Counted from the first letter of the stretch, positions 32,078-43,181 are shown. The stretch: 64,000 bases of DNA from Candidatus Bathyarchaeota archaeon (GCA_963714275.1 CAVQNT010000002.1:544001-608000), one strand, 5' to 3'. Translations and numbers: made by a program. The notes: generated by a model not told the origin, from the sequence alone.

Positions 32078-32278
32078 TCATTTAGATTTGTGATTCATGT
32101 AGCTAGCTGTCGAATGTTCTGTTTTCTTTCTTTTGTTTTGTTCTAATGCTCGCCAGCCAAGAAACAGTGACGAGAAGATTAGGAAGGCTACATCGCAGAC
32201 ATTAGGCCATCCTGGAAACTGTACCCAAATGTTGAAGAAAGTCGTGAATTTCAAGGCTATGCCTACTGTTCCTGACAC
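32078..32278 (-). CDS. Small membrane protein
   Basis: 66-aa ORF with a hydrophobic core; may extend upstream. Confidence 0.35.
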   Translation of the reverse strand: MSGTVGIALKFTTFFNIWVQFPGWPNVCDVAFLIFSSLFLGWRALEQNKRKKTEHSTASYMNHKSK

Positions 32279-32334
32279 GCAAGAAATTATTATGCAGTCT
32301 TCCAGTAATTCTCACAGAGACTTATGAGTTATCA

Positions 32335-32547
32335 TCATTTCTTTTTAGTTTCCCTTTTTGCCTTCGTGACTGTAACTAGGATTTCGTCTCCAGGCTTCAA
32401 CTCATAAAACTTGATGAAAGAGGGATCTAGGCGTATGTAATAGCTGTTTCCTCGGGCAATGATTGGAGAGGGGAAGCAGCCTTGAACCTCCTCAATTTGA
32501 ACCTCTATCCTGCTAATCTCCGTGATTTGCCCTTTTTTCCGCATCAA
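32335..32547 (-). CDS. AbrB/MazE-like swapped-hairpin DNA-binding protein
   Basis: IIARGNSYYIRLD...YELKPGDEILV. Confidence 0.7.
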   Translation of the reverse strand: MMRKKGQITEISRIEVQIEEVQGCFPSPIIARGNSYYIRLDPSFIKFYELKPGDEILVTVTKAKRETKKK

Positions 32548-32755
32548 TAGTTTTCACTTCTACGATTTCCAGATTTACTCGATCTGAAGCCCTTGGATAC
32601 GATTCCATAACAAGAAGACACCTTTCTGTGAACAGTTCAAACGACCATTTTCAAATCCTTTTTTCAAGCTATTTTTGACGACAGAAAAGTTCAATTTCGT
32701 ACCCTCCCAAAACATGACCTCAGACACCTACCCTCTTCGAGACAAAATATGCCGG

Positions 32756-32896
32756 TCACCATTGATGTCTGCTCCTGCTGATTCTTTCCCAACATTTTCG
32801 ACAGATAGGAAGCCTTTTCCCCTTATGTTCAATGTCGACAGCGATGTCAGTGTTGCTGCAGCCTGGCTTCCAAGGGTTACTGCATTTCTGAGACAT
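32756..32896 (-). CDS. 46-aa Zn-finger microprotein (below the ORF-track cutoff)
   Basis: MSQKCSNPWKPGC...LPICRKCWERI; GAGG RBS; directly follows the upstream gene. Confidence 0.6.
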   Translation of the reverse strand: MSQKCSNPWKPGCSNTDIAVDIEHKGKRLPICRKCWERISRSRHQW

Positions 32897-32908
32897 TATA
32901 GACCCTCA

Positions 32909-33312
32909 TTAAAGGAATTCTATAACGTTGGGGGTTACCCATTTGATCACCTTGTATTTTTCGAAAAGTTTCATCCATTTCTTGACTGTTCGCTCGTCCC
33001 CCGAATGGAATTTAGAGCTATAATTATTTGGGTTTTTGGAACTTTGTAAATTTGCTCGTAGCCGAAGGTCTCCTGAAGATACTTTTTTACCTCCTCTTTC
33101 ACAACAAAAACATTTGGGACCGGATTTGGTGGTTTATGCATAAGCTCGGTTTGTGTGCTCTTGTGTGTGCTGATCCAAGCCTGAAGCGCCTGAGACACCT
33201 CAAAACTTAGCAACCCCTTACTTACTTTACCATATTGTTGAGCAACAAACTCCCTGAATTTATTGTCCAAAGGGGGGTCAAGCCATATTCCAAGCCTAAC
33301 TTTTTTAGTCAA
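32909..33312 (-). CDS. Ribbon-helix-helix-like protein with a C-terminal wHTH-like part (frameshift near 32998)
   Basis: KVRLGIWLDPPLDNKFREFV...LSFEVSQALQAW; continues as ERTVKKWMKLFEKYKVIK. Confidence 0.55.
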
Positions 33313-33794
33313 AAGAAAGATCTCCGAGAATGTTTTACCGTATCAGAAATGCAAGGAATGGACACTTGTATCCAATACTGGATACTTATCACCAATCTTT
33401 GCATAGTATGTATAGTATACAGCGCACAAGGAACAGTTCCAAACCGAAAGAAGACTAAAACAGGCTTCTTTTCCCCTTTTTTCCCAACCTTAATAACATC
33501 TGCACACACACGCATGCACAAGGAACGGTTCCATGCCTTGTGCCGCCAAAGAAGACAAATCATCTTATATGAAGCCTTCGTTACTTTAATGAAAGACATT
33601 TTGATGAAGACTAAAACAAAAAAAGAGGGGGATTTTGCGGGAGACGTCTCCATGTTGACTGAGGTCCAAATCCCAGCAGCCCCACATATAGAACTCAGCT
33701 GTTTCTTAAAGTGTGGTGAGACTTTTGTCGAAGTCTGTGTCTATCGTTTTCCACAAATATTAAAGGAATGCTGAACAATCTATGGCGAAGTTAA

Positions 33795-34346
33795 ATGGTC
33801 ATTATTCGTAAAGCAACTAAACACGGTATTCAAGCCTTAAGCAGAAAGCTCCTGAGTTCACTTGAGGATAAAACTAGCCAGGTGTATCAGGATAATGTTG
33901 CCAAGTTTGGCATTCCCTATGAATATGTGAGAGAATCTTTTTCCAAAAAAGCATTATTGGAAGCAGCTGCTTCTGACAAATCATGTTTTTATCTTGCTTT
34001 AGAAAATGAAATTAAAATCGTCGGTTTTGCTCAAACATTGCAACATGGTGCAGACACGGTGGAGCTGGACCGTATTGTCGTATTTCCAGATTATACGAGA
34101 ATAGGTATCGGCACTCAAATTCTGAACAGAGTCATCAAGGACGCGAGACTGAAGAAGGCTGACGCTATAATTGCCAATGCTGGAATAGATGAAGATCATG
34201 CCAGACGGTTCTATGAAAAGAACGGTTTCAACGTTGTAAAAGAGGAGACGATTGAGTATCCTTGGGGTGGCAGATTAACGCTTGTCACTTACAGACTTCA
34301 AATCGAACACAAACGGAAGCCAAAAACCAGCAAGAAATCTGCATAA
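33795..34346 (+). CDS. GNAT family N-acetyltransferase
   Basis: IVGFA, V.PDY.R.GIG..IL, ARRFYEKNGF. Confidence 0.9.
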   Translation: MVIIRKATKHGIQALSRKLLSSLEDKTSQVYQDNVAKFGIPYEYVRESFSKKALLEAAASDKSCFYLALENEIKIVGFAQTLQHGADTVELDRIVVFPDYTRIGIGTQILNRVIKDARLKKADAIIANAGIDEDHARRFYEKNGFNVVKEETIEYPWGGRLTLVTYRLQIEHKRKPKTSKKSA

Positions 34347-34442
34347 ACAACTATATAGAAAAATAAGAGTTGCATAAGTGACAAAACATGCTGTCGGTAC
34401 TTGGGAAATGGAAAATGCTCAGAATACTATATGTTGTTCTCC

Positions 34443-34991
34443 TTAGTCAGAAATGCGTTTTGACAAGACAACGCAGCTGGGGAATTTTTCCGAGATTTCG
34501 GCTTTCCACTTCTTTATGAGTTGTTGTTGACTGGCCTTGTCTTTTTCTGTTTTAGCCGTCATGCCTACTTTAAGAGCGCCAGTGCGAACATTGTGCAGTG
34601 CTTCACGGTTTTCGCATTTCATAAATCCTACGCATTCAGTGCAGTCAGCCAGCTTTTTGCTTGTGGCGCAGGCTTTGATTTTGCAGTTTGTGGCGCCTCC
34701 GCCTTTTAGGCATCCCCTGCATATGGGTATGTTTTGTATTGCCTGAAGCGACTTCATGAATTCCTTGCCGTTGAAGCCTTGCTCGTCAGCGCCCCATTTG
34801 TCTATGCCGTAACCCTCGAGAATGAAGGCGTACTTTTTTGAAAGTTCTTTGAGGGTTCCGTTCCCCACGATGCAGCTTCCGCACCAGATTGCGCAATAAC
34901 CGATTTGGTTCTTTACGTTCTCAAAAGCTTCAGCTTCCACTTCAACCGACTCCAGACAATTGAACCACTTTGGTCTTCTTTTTATCTGCAA
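34443..34991 (-). CDS. DUF3795-like cysteine-rich protein
   Basis: GYCAIWCGSC, CRGC, C.IKAC, DCTEC..F..C; start codon uncertain. Confidence 0.75.
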   Translation of the reverse strand: MQIKRRPKWFNCLESVEVEAEAFENVKNQIGYCAIWCGSCIVGNGTLKELSKKYAFILEGYGIDKWGADEQGFNGKEFMKSLQAIQNIPICRGCLKGGGATNCKIKACATSKKLADCTECVGFMKCENREALHNVRTGALKVGMTAKTEKDKASQQQLIKKWKAEISEKFPSCVVLSKRISD

Positions 34992-35063
34992 GGGCTTTTT
35001 TTAAGTTTTTCGCGTTACTCGGTTTGTGGGAATGCTTAACTATAAAGGTGCACATAAAAACGT

Positions 35064-36125
35064 GTGGTGTTCAGGTTGGCGGATTTGATTAGGCTTTTGG
35101 AGTCTCTTTCTAACGCTTTTGGTCCACCAGGCAACGAAGAAGAAGTGCGCACGGTTCTGAAAAAGGAACTTGAGGAATACGCGGATGAGACGCGAGTGGA
35201 CAAACTCGGAAACATCTTCTTCATTCATCATGGCAAAGACAACTCGCCCAAGGTCATGCTCTCATCTCATATGGACGAGGTGGGCTTCATAGTTACATTC
35301 ATGGACAACAACGGGTTTCTCCGCTTCCACACTTTGGGGGGCATAACAAGCAACGTCATGCCTGGACAAACCATTCTTCTGCGAGGAACCAAAGGCGACA
35401 TTAAGGGCTTAGTTGGAACCAAGCCACCACATTTAATGAAGGAGGATGAACGCAACAAAGCTACAGTGATGGATGAATTATTCCTAGACATTGGAGCCTC
35501 AAACCTCGAAGAATCTGAACAAAAAGGAATCGAGATTGGGACCAACGGCATCTTCGACGTCAAGTTTACGGAGCTCGGAGGAGGATTCCTCAAAGGCAAA
35601 GCGCTCGATGACAGAGCAGGCTGCACAGTGCTAGTGGAGGTTTTTAAAGCCCTAAAGAACTCGCCATACAACATCGTCGCTGTAGGAACCGTGCAGGAAG
35701 AAATGGGAATGAGAGGCGCACGGACCGCAGCTTGGCAGGCAGACCCAGACTACGCTTTGGCTTTGGAAGGAACCTTCGCAGCGGACGTTCCCGGCTCCAG
35801 CCCTGAAACGGTGTCGTCCAAGCTCAAAAGCGGACCAGTTGTCACTATACTGGACCAGACAGTGATGACTCACCCGACTGTCCTCAAAACCCTCATCAAA
35901 ATTGGTAAAGAGAAGTCCATTCCGTTCCAGTTCAAGCAGGTGCCAATGGGCGGAACTGACTCAGGAGTCATCCACCTCACAAAAGCTGGAATCCCAAGCG
36001 GAACGGTCGCTGTTCCATGCAGGTACATTCACGGACCCGCCTCGGTGACCCATGTTGACGATGTAAAGAACACAGTTAAACTGGTCACGGAGTTCGTTAA
36101 AGCCATCTCAGAAAAGAGTCCCTAA
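35064..36125 (+). CDS. M42 family aminopeptidase (TET/FrvX)
   Basis: HMDEVG, KALDDRAG, QEEMG.RGA, GGTD, RYIH. Confidence 0.93.
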   Translation: MVFRLADLIRLLESLSNAFGPPGNEEEVRTVLKKELEEYADETRVDKLGNIFFIHHGKDNSPKVMLSSHMDEVGFIVTFMDNNGFLRFHTLGGITSNVMPGQTILLRGTKGDIKGLVGTKPPHLMKEDERNKATVMDELFLDIGASNLEESEQKGIEIGTNGIFDVKFTELGGGFLKGKALDDRAGCTVLVEVFKALKNSPYNIVAVGTVQEEMGMRGARTAAWQADPDYALALEGTFAADVPGSSPETVSSKLKSGPVVTILDQTVMTHPTVLKTLIKIGKEKSIPFQFKQVPMGGTDSGVIHLTKAGIPSGTVAVPCRYIHGPASVTHVDDVKNTVKLVTEFVKAISEKSP

Positions 36126-36186
36126 GCACAAAAAAGAAGGCAGGTTTAATAAGCAAAATTCGTGTTTTTTTCCTTGAGGGATACTT

Positions 36187-37230
36187 TTACCTTACTGTAA
36201 GAATTGCGGAGCCAAACTGGAAGAGACAGCGAAGTTTTGTCCTTCATGCGGAACCTCTGTTGCTGGGTACATAGCTGAAGGAAGAGTCATTGAAAAGAGG
36301 AGACCCATAAACTTTTTTGGCTTTTTCTTGATTGCAGTCATCTTGGCAGCTGTGTTGTACGGATTTCTTTCATTCCTGCCTATTCGCCCCGTTGATGTGC
36401 ACGAGAACCGTAATGTTCCGTTTCAGATTGGAGTCCAAGCGGTTGTGATCGACCTTACTGTTGATGTGGGCAGCGTAAACATCACCTTCAGTGACCTTGC
36501 CAATGACGCGGTGAGATTTAGTTTATCGGTGTCTGGGTATGGAAACCTCCTCTCGAATCAACCGTACACGTTAACGTTTGATCAGGCGACGAATGGCAAT
36601 GTTCTAACAGTCACCTCCGAAGTTGAAACCTCAATTTTTCATGGCTGGTGGAACCTAAACTTTCTTGAGACGGAGTGCGATCTTGTCATTGACCAGTCTT
36701 TGAATGCCAGCATCACTGTCAGGACGGGCACAGGCGGGATTAGTTTTGAGACCAGAAGTGGCGTAGTCCTGAATTCTGTTAGGCTTGAGACAGCAACAGG
36801 AGCGATAGGAGCAATATTCGCTGAAAACACAATCGTCACAAGAGACAGCATAATCAGGACAGCAACAGGAGCCCAAAGCCTATCTTGGCAGAACGTGATC
36901 GCGGAAAGAGACATTACGGTTGGCATCGGAAGCGTAACAGGTGCTGTCTCTATCGACATAAAGCAGGACGAAAGGCTTCGTAACAGAGTCGAACTGAGAG
37001 TCGAAGTAACAACGGGTGCCATTAACCTTGCTTTGGACCTAAGCGGAGACATAGCTAGCGAGGTAACCTCAAGCACAACCACAGGCTCAATAAACGTTCA
37101 AGGAAGCAATGGTTTCTCTGGTTCATCGACGCAGCTGCAGTCAAACAACTACCCATCGGATAGCCAATTCGACATAACACTTCAAACTACAACAGGCGGA
37201 ATCAACATAGACGCCAGTTTTTCTCCATGA
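36187..37230 (+). CDS. Zn ribbon plus TM plus DUF4097-like beta-repeat surface protein
   Basis: In-frame upstream PYCKNCG...FCPSCG without a canonical start; repeated T.TG.I motifs. Confidence 0.72.
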   Translation, partial: LPYCKNCGAKLEETAKFCPSCGTSVAGYIAEGRVIEKRRPINFFGFFLIAVILAAVLYGFLSFLPIRPVDVHENRNVPFQIGVQAVVIDLTVDVGSVNITFSDLANDAVRFSLSVSGYGNLLSNQPYTLTFDQATNGNVLTVTSEVETSIFHGWWNLNFLETECDLVIDQSLNASITVRTGTGGISFETRSGVVLNSVRLETATGAIGAIFAENTIVTRDSIIRTATGAQSLSWQNVIAERDITVGIGSVTGAVSIDIKQDERLRNRVELRVEVTTGAINLALDLSGDIASEVTSSTTTGSINVQGSNGFSGSSTQLQSNNYPSDSQFDITLQTTTGGINIDASFSP

Positions 37231-37259
37231 TTCCAACTCTACATGGTCATCAACCAGAA

Positions 37260-37426
37260 CAATTGCGCCCCAAAATAACAGAACAAATGCGCCGTAAAAC
37301 AGGATAGGTCTACGAAGGCATTATTTGTTATGCAAAATTGAAAATCGGATGTTACACAAATTAGACTGGTCTTAGGCAATGCTGTGTGTTGTTCAAAATG
37401 CCTTTTCAGTTGTTGAACAAATCAGA
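37260..37426 (-). repeat. Dispersed intergenic repeat, locus C (three units, 61-62 bp period)
   Basis: Reverse complement aligns with 2603-2707 (GCATTGCCTAAGACC; TGTTCTGTT...GGGCGCAATT). Confidence 0.85.
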
Positions 37427-37534
37427 TTAGCCAGAAGAGACATTAATTTATTTTAAAAAAAAATTTGGGCATCAAAAAAGGCTTACACCAGTTTTATATA
37501 GTTTTTTCGTAACAGTCGTTATGAGGCATCCACA

Positions 37535-38240
37535 TTGAACCCGCTGCCAGTTAACAGAGATATGGAGGACCACTTCTTCACGTTGTATAAGCTAGCCGAG
37601 ATGGGTGCCCGAGACAGAAAAATAAAAACCTCAACAAAGTTCCTAGCCGAAAAAATGGGACTTTCGCAGCAGACCGTTTCACGCAGAGCTCATCGAACTC
37701 GAAAGGAAAGGTTTGATACAACGAACAGCCACGCGAGACGGCAGCCTAATCAGCATATCAGAGCTCGGAGAAGCTCAGCTGAAAAAGGTGCGTTCAGGAC
37801 TCAACACGGTCTTCGAGGAAAAAAACCCCGTTTCAGTCACGGTTGAAGGCACAGTCTTTAGCGGAATAGGAGAAGGCGCATACTACGTGACCCGCCCGCA
37901 TTACAGAAAACAGTTTGTGCAGAAGCTCGGGTTCGACCCTTACCCAGGAACCCTCAACATAAAAATCACCAGCGAATACGATGCTAAGATGCGAAGCGAA
38001 CTCGATACATATCCCGGCATAGAAATTTCAGGATACACGAACGAGGACAGAACGTACGGTTCAGGAAAATGTTTCAAAGCCATTATAAACAACAGGGAAA
38101 AAGGCGCCGTGGTTCTTGTGCTGAGAACCCATTACGACAGCTCAGTCATCGAAATCATCGCCCCCACATGCTTACGTGACCGCTTGAAACTGAAAGACGG
38201 GCACAAGGTCAAACTGGAAGTCTTTATCGCTGAATCCTGA
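37535..38240 (+). CDS. ribK: CTP-dependent riboflavin kinase with N-terminal wHTH (RbkR type), frameshift near 37687
   Basis: SQQTVSR HTH; SGIGEG.YY, PYPGTLN, RTHY, EIIAP..LR. Confidence 0.92.
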
Positions 38241-38252
38241 ACAGTCAACAAT

Positions 38253-38486
38253 CTACTGTTTCTTTGTCAACTGTACAAGCCGTTTGTCCTTCGCCAACGA
38301 GGAGACAGAGATTAAACCCGTGACCTCCATCTGCATCAAGGTTTTATTGAGATCGTCAAGACCTATTTCCCTGTAAAAAGCCCTCAACACATCGAACAGC
38401 TCACCGTCTGTTATGGATCCTTTTTCCCGAAGAACCTCGATGACCGTCGCATAAATAGGCTGCAGCTTCCACGTGTTTCCAGACAT
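38253..38486 (-). CDS. Small wHTH-like conserved protein downstream of cdc48
   Basis: LREKGSITD.EL...LNKTLMQMEV.GLISV. Confidence 0.7.
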   Translation of the reverse strand: MSGNTWKLQPIYATVIEVLREKGSITDGELFDVLRAFYREIGLDDLNKTLMQMEVTGLISVSSLAKDKRLVQLTKKQ

Positions 38487-38508
38487 TACTTAAATATCCT
38501 CCATAAAT

Positions 38509-40693
38509 CTAAGCGACAAGAGGCACTGGCTTCTGAACCTTCCTGACCTGCTTCACGAAGCCCTTGTACCAATTTTCCATGTCAGACGAGATGCTTGGCC
38601 CAATCCTCTTGAGCGCCTCCTGAAAATCAGCATTCGCCACTTCCTTGGCATTCATGTCTTTGCGAAGAGCGTACAGAGCTGCCTCTCTGCATAACGATTG
38701 AATGTCAGCGCCCGAATAACCCTTAGTTAACTGAGCCAGTTCCTGAAGATTCACGTCCTTCACAAGAGGCATACTGTTCGTGTGAATCTTAAGAATCTTC
38801 AGCCTACCCTCCTCGCCGGGTTCAGGAACATAAATCAGCCGATCAAACCTGCCTGGTCTCAAAACTGCTGGATCAACCATGTCAGGTCGGTTAGTAGCAG
38901 TAATTACCACAACATCTTGTAAGGCTGTGATTCCGTCAATCTCCGTAAGAAGCTGACTAATTACACGGTCAGTCACACCACTATCGCCATATCCTGAGCC
39001 TCTTCTAGGCACCAAAGAATCAATTTCGTCGAAGAAGACTATGGACGGAGCTGACATCCTCGCCTTTCTGAAAACCTCTCGGATAGCCTTCTCGGATTCC
39101 CCAACCCACTTAGAGAAAACTTCTGGACCTTTAATCGCTATGAAGTTCGCCTCGCTTTCTGTCGCCACAGCCCTAGCAAGCAACGTCTTACCACAACCCG
39201 GAGGACCAAACAACAGTATCCCTTTAGGTGGCATAATCCCCATTCTTCCGAAAACTTCCGCGTTTTTTAAAGGCCACTCAACAGATTCCCTTCAGCTCTT
39301 GCTTGACTACGTCTAAGCCTCCGACCTCGTCCCAGTGAACCGTCGGAACCTCAATGGCAACTTCCCTCATCGCAGTAGGCGTAATCTCCCTGAAAGCATT
39401 CATGAAGTCGTCCATCGTGACCTCCATCCTTTCAAGAACGCTTGGCGGAATCCTTTCCTGCTCAAGATCGATTTCAGGCAGATACCTCCGCAGCGCCTTC
39501 ATTCCAGCTTCCCGGCTTAAAGCAGCAACATCTGCACCTGTGTACCCATGTGCCATATCAGCTAATTTCTTGAGGTCGACATCTTCAGCGAGATGCATGC
39601 CCCGCGTGTGAACCTGCGTAACCTCGTAGCGTCCATGTTTGTCAGGTATGCCGATCTCTATTTCACGGTCAAACCTACCGGGTCGTCTCAAGGCAGGATC
39701 AAGAGCGTTCGGACGGTTCGTTGCACCAATAACAATCACGTTTCCTCGGCTTGTCAAACCGTCAAGCAGAGCCAGAAGTTGGGCTACTACCCGCCTTTCA
39801 ACTTCACCAGTAACTTCCTCCCGCTTCGGAGCTAAGGAGTCCAACTCGTCAATAAAGATAATTGCTGGAGCGTTCTTCTCAGCTTGCTGGAAGATTTCGC
39901 GGAGCCTCGCTTCAGACTCTCCGTAGAATTTACTCATTATTTCTGGACCGTTGATCGAGAAAAAGTTCGCTTCAGACTCGTTCGCCACAGCCCTAGCGAG
40001 CAACGTCTTACCACAACCCGGAGGGCCATGCAGCAAAACGCCTTTCGGAGGTTCTATCCCGAGCCTTTGGAAAATCTCGGGGTGACGCATTGGCAGCTCA
40101 ACCATCTCTCTAAGCCTTTGAATTTCGTCTTTTAAACCGCCGATGTCCTCATATGTCGTCCGTGGGACTCCGAGTTTGGCTTCAGGGGCTGGTTCAGTAA
40201 GGATTTGGAGATTCGTATCATATGTCAGCCTGAGGATTCCGTGGGGTCTGGTCTTCATCACGGTGAACTGAACGGGGTGACCCAACATCATGACAAGGGT
40301 TGTGTCTCCTTCGATGAATGTTCTTTCCATAAGCCTGTTCTTAACGAAGTTAGTGAAGTCCTCGTCCACGTTAAGGCGCATGTCGATCGGGGCGAGAACA
40401 ATGCTTAAGGCGTCTTTAACCTCAGCTTTTGTAATCACCACAAACTCGTTGATTGAGATGCCAGCATTTTTCCTTGTGAAACCGTCTATCCTAATTATGT
40501 CTCGACCCTGATCTTCAGAGTACGCTGGCCAAGCAATTGCGGATGTCCTTCGTTTTCCGAGAATTTCGATAACATCGCCAGCTGAAACGTTCAGTTTTTC
40601 CATGGTTTTCTGGTCGATTCTGGCAATTCCTCTGGCAACATCTCTTTGTTTGGCATCTCCGACCCTTAGAGAAATTTCAGCCACGTAAGTCAC
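38509..40693 (-). CDS. cdc48: CDC48/VAT AAA+ ATPase (frameshift near 39290)
   Basis: N-domain plus two AAA modules with GPPGCGKT, Walker B and RPGRFDR. Confidence 0.96.
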
Positions 40694-40757
40694 CGTCTAA
40701 TAATATTTAAGCATTCTATACATCAAAGGCAAAAAACCTATATAAACGTAGTGAACA

Positions 40758-41030
40758 TCAGACTCTTCTCACCATCAAGGTTTGAAAGTCGCTTATTTTT
40801 TCCATTTTCTTTAAGCACGATTCAACCTCGTCAATACTTCCTTCCCTGTCTTCGGGCACTAGCACATGGGCTATTATTGCGACAAGCCCATATGCTATAG
40901 GTTCCTCTTCGAACTTGTAGACCGAAGCATATTCTGGAAGAGTTGTCTCAATCTCTTTCTTTATAACCTCGCGGTCGAGGTCGATGTCTGAAGGAAAAAT
41001 CTTAAGCGAAACCAAGACTTTCTTAGCCAA
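40758..41030 (-). CDS. ef1b: Translation elongation factor aEF-1beta
   Basis: KIFP.D, EEPIAYGL.A. Confidence 0.92.
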   Translation of the reverse strand: MAKKVLVSLKIFPSDIDLDREVIKKEIETTLPEYASVYKFEEEPIAYGLVAIIAHVLVPEDREGSIDEVESCLKKMEKISDFQTLMVRRV

Positions 41031-41140
41031 TGTTTATCCTCCTTTAATGGCTTTAAAGAAACCACACAGCTATTTTAAAATTATGTTCTGAAGCCCAAAT
41101 ACCATTACACGAAGAACACAAAGAGCGAAAGAAGTGTTAA

Positions 41141-42292
41141 TCACCTTTTTGGTTCCACGAACTGTGCACAATAGTTTTTCTGTACTGCTTCCTTCAGAAC
41201 AGTCATTGATTTTTTAGCCAATAACGTTCGAAGAACGCCCTTTTCTCCGTAGACTAGTAATGGTTTGCCACCTTTAAGAAGGGTTTCAAAATTACAGGCA
41301 TTAGGCTTAAAATCTTTTTTATGAGACACGTTCCAAACGGAAAGCTCCTGTTCAGGTGGGTTCTTAAGGTACGAAACAAGCATTGTTCGCGGTTCAAAGC
41401 CAAAGTTATCTGCTATATTCTGCCTTGCGAAAGTCAACGACAACAAGTCGCGAGAAGCAAGCACCAACTCTCTTGGTTTCAATAAATCCATGACCGCAAT
41501 GGCGACGTGACCTTGCCCTGGCTCCAACACAAAAACTGAGCCATAGCCGTTCATGCCTTTCAGAACAGAGAACAAACACTGTGTTCCATAACTTAAAGTA
41601 TCAAACTCTGGCAGGCTATAGGCTGTTTTGACCGTGTAAGTTGTTGTAAGATTAAGCTCCATTTCACGTCTCTCGTACTTGTCAACGGGTGGCAAAACCT
41701 TACCGTTAAAGGCAACGTGGCAGATGCAATATCCCTTCTTATCTTCTCTGTAAAGAACACGTACCATTCTATTGTCAAGAATACTGTCCAATTTTCCAGC
41801 AAGTTCGCGAACCACAACCACAGCGAGAACGCCATTATCAGACAAATGATTTGAAGCGCCATAAACGAATGCTGCCAGTCCTTTAGGAGCCATCTTCGCA
41901 GGAAAGTTAGTGGCAATCAAAGAAAAATTGCCCTCAACCTGTTCATAATCTAGATTTGGATAAACACTGACGTCAAGACGGTTCAGGGCTGCGTTGTGTA
42001 ATGCAAAATCCACAGCTAAAGTATCTCGGTCAACCATGTGCACCTCGCGAGAAGGGTCTTGTGCCTTAAGAAAGAGGCCTATTGGTCCGTAGCCGCAGCC
42101 TAGGTCGAGGGTTCTGGAGTAATTTATTGCCTTGTCTTTTCGGAGGCTATTGAGCAACGCCCTTGTGCCTAGGTCGACGGAGAATGAGCTGAACAACGAT
42201 TCGCATAAGTCGAGACGCAGCGAAACCTTACTGAAATTGAAACTCACTCGTTTCTTAATCAGCGTCTTGAAAGCATCATGCTCAGCCGACAA
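41141..42292 (-). CDS. Two-domain RsmC/MTS-like SAM methyltransferase
   Basis: LFSS..VDLGT..LL, LDLGCGYGPIG, NFP; degenerate second domain PGQGH. Confidence 0.8.
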   Translation of the reverse strand: MSAEHDAFKTLIKKRVSFNFSKVSLRLDLCESLFSSFSVDLGTRALLNSLRKDKAINYSRTLDLGCGYGPIGLFLKAQDPSREVHMVDRDTLAVDFALHNAALNRLDVSVYPNLDYEQVEGNFSLIATNFPAKMAPKGLAAFVYGASNHLSDNGVLAVVVVRELAGKLDSILDNRMVRVLYREDKKGYCICHVAFNGKVLPPVDKYERREMELNLTTTYTVKTAYSLPEFDTLSYGTQCLFSVLKGMNGYGSVFVLEPGQGHVAIAVMDLLKPRELVLASRDLLSLTFARQNIADNFGFEPRTMLVSYLKNPPEQELSVWNVSHKKDFKPNACNFETLLKGGKPLLVYGEKGVLRTLLAKKSMTVLKEAVQKNYCAQFVEPKR

Positions 42293-42407
42293 TTTAACTA
42301 CCTTACAATGAGTTACGGACTACTGAAATAAGCGTTTTTAACGCAACAGAATATTTTTCTTTTACAAACGGAATTGGGTTTGAACCATTTCGTTGGCTAG
42401 CTAGGCA

Positions 42408-43007
42408 TTATCGAATTACGATTTCAATGTCGTCAACATAGTAGGTCATTAAGGTTTCCCAGCGAACCGAGATTCCTAAGGCAACCCATACTTCGCCGCC
42501 TGACCCAGTGTTAACGGTGGTTTCAAAACTGTACAGCTTCCAGCCAGCAACTTGGTTAGCGGCACCAAGAACTTCAAGGTCTTCTTCCGTCTCTGGATTG
42601 TTAGCTCTTGAGTAGCCTACGACCGCAGTTATGGTGTTGAAGCTTTCCTCTTCGCTGTAGAGCCAGAATGACACCGTCACCTTAACCTGTACGTTCCTTG
42701 GCGTAACAAAATTTCTTTCTAGCCATAGGGTTCCGTCATCCTGTCTGCCGTCGATGATCAGTTTGATGGTGTATTGACCTGAATGCGTTGTGCCCGTTGT
42801 TCTTGTTATATACCATTCTACTGTTTGGTTGAGATTGTTGGGATCAGGGGGAACGTCAGCGTCGATAACCCAGTCTCCGAACCCGTCCTCAAAGTCTTCC
42901 TTCAACGTAAACGGGTTTAGATACAGCCAAACCTGCCAAGCGCTGAAACTCCCAGCTACAACGAGCACAAGCAAAATGATATAGATGATTTTGCGGTTCA
43001 TTCTCAC
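42408..43007 (-). CDS. Membrane-anchored secreted hypothetical protein (carbohydrate-binding-like beta sandwich)
   Basis: N-terminal TM helix, EDFE.G...W, C-terminal YYVDDI. Confidence 0.6.
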   Translation of the reverse strand: MRMNRKIIYIILLVLVVAGSFSAWQVWLYLNPFTLKEDFEDGFGDWVIDADVPPDPNNLNQTVEWYITRTTGTTHSGQYTIKLIIDGRQDDGTLWLERNFVTPRNVQVKVTVSFWLYSEEESFNTITAVVGYSRANNPETEEDLEVLGAANQVAGWKLYSFETTVNTGSGGEVWVALGISVRWETLMTYYVDDIEIVIR

Positions 43008-43181
43008 AGCTTCATAAACATCAAATAACGAATATTGATACTAGCATTGAGTAAGATAATACTAAATCTTAGAACAATCAACTCGAAGACCGTCCAGAAA
43101 CCAGAACAAAAACAAATTATAATACAGCTGAAAATTACATAAATTTTATTGGATTTCCATCTTGCCATTGAATACAGAAGC

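Noticed and set aside
33235-33774. 179-aa and 114-aa ORFs, and the many antisense ORFs in the track such as 2728-3504 and 29776-30405
   Set aside because: No recognisable motifs; they overlap better-supported genes or promoter-like DNA and are treated as shadow ORFs.
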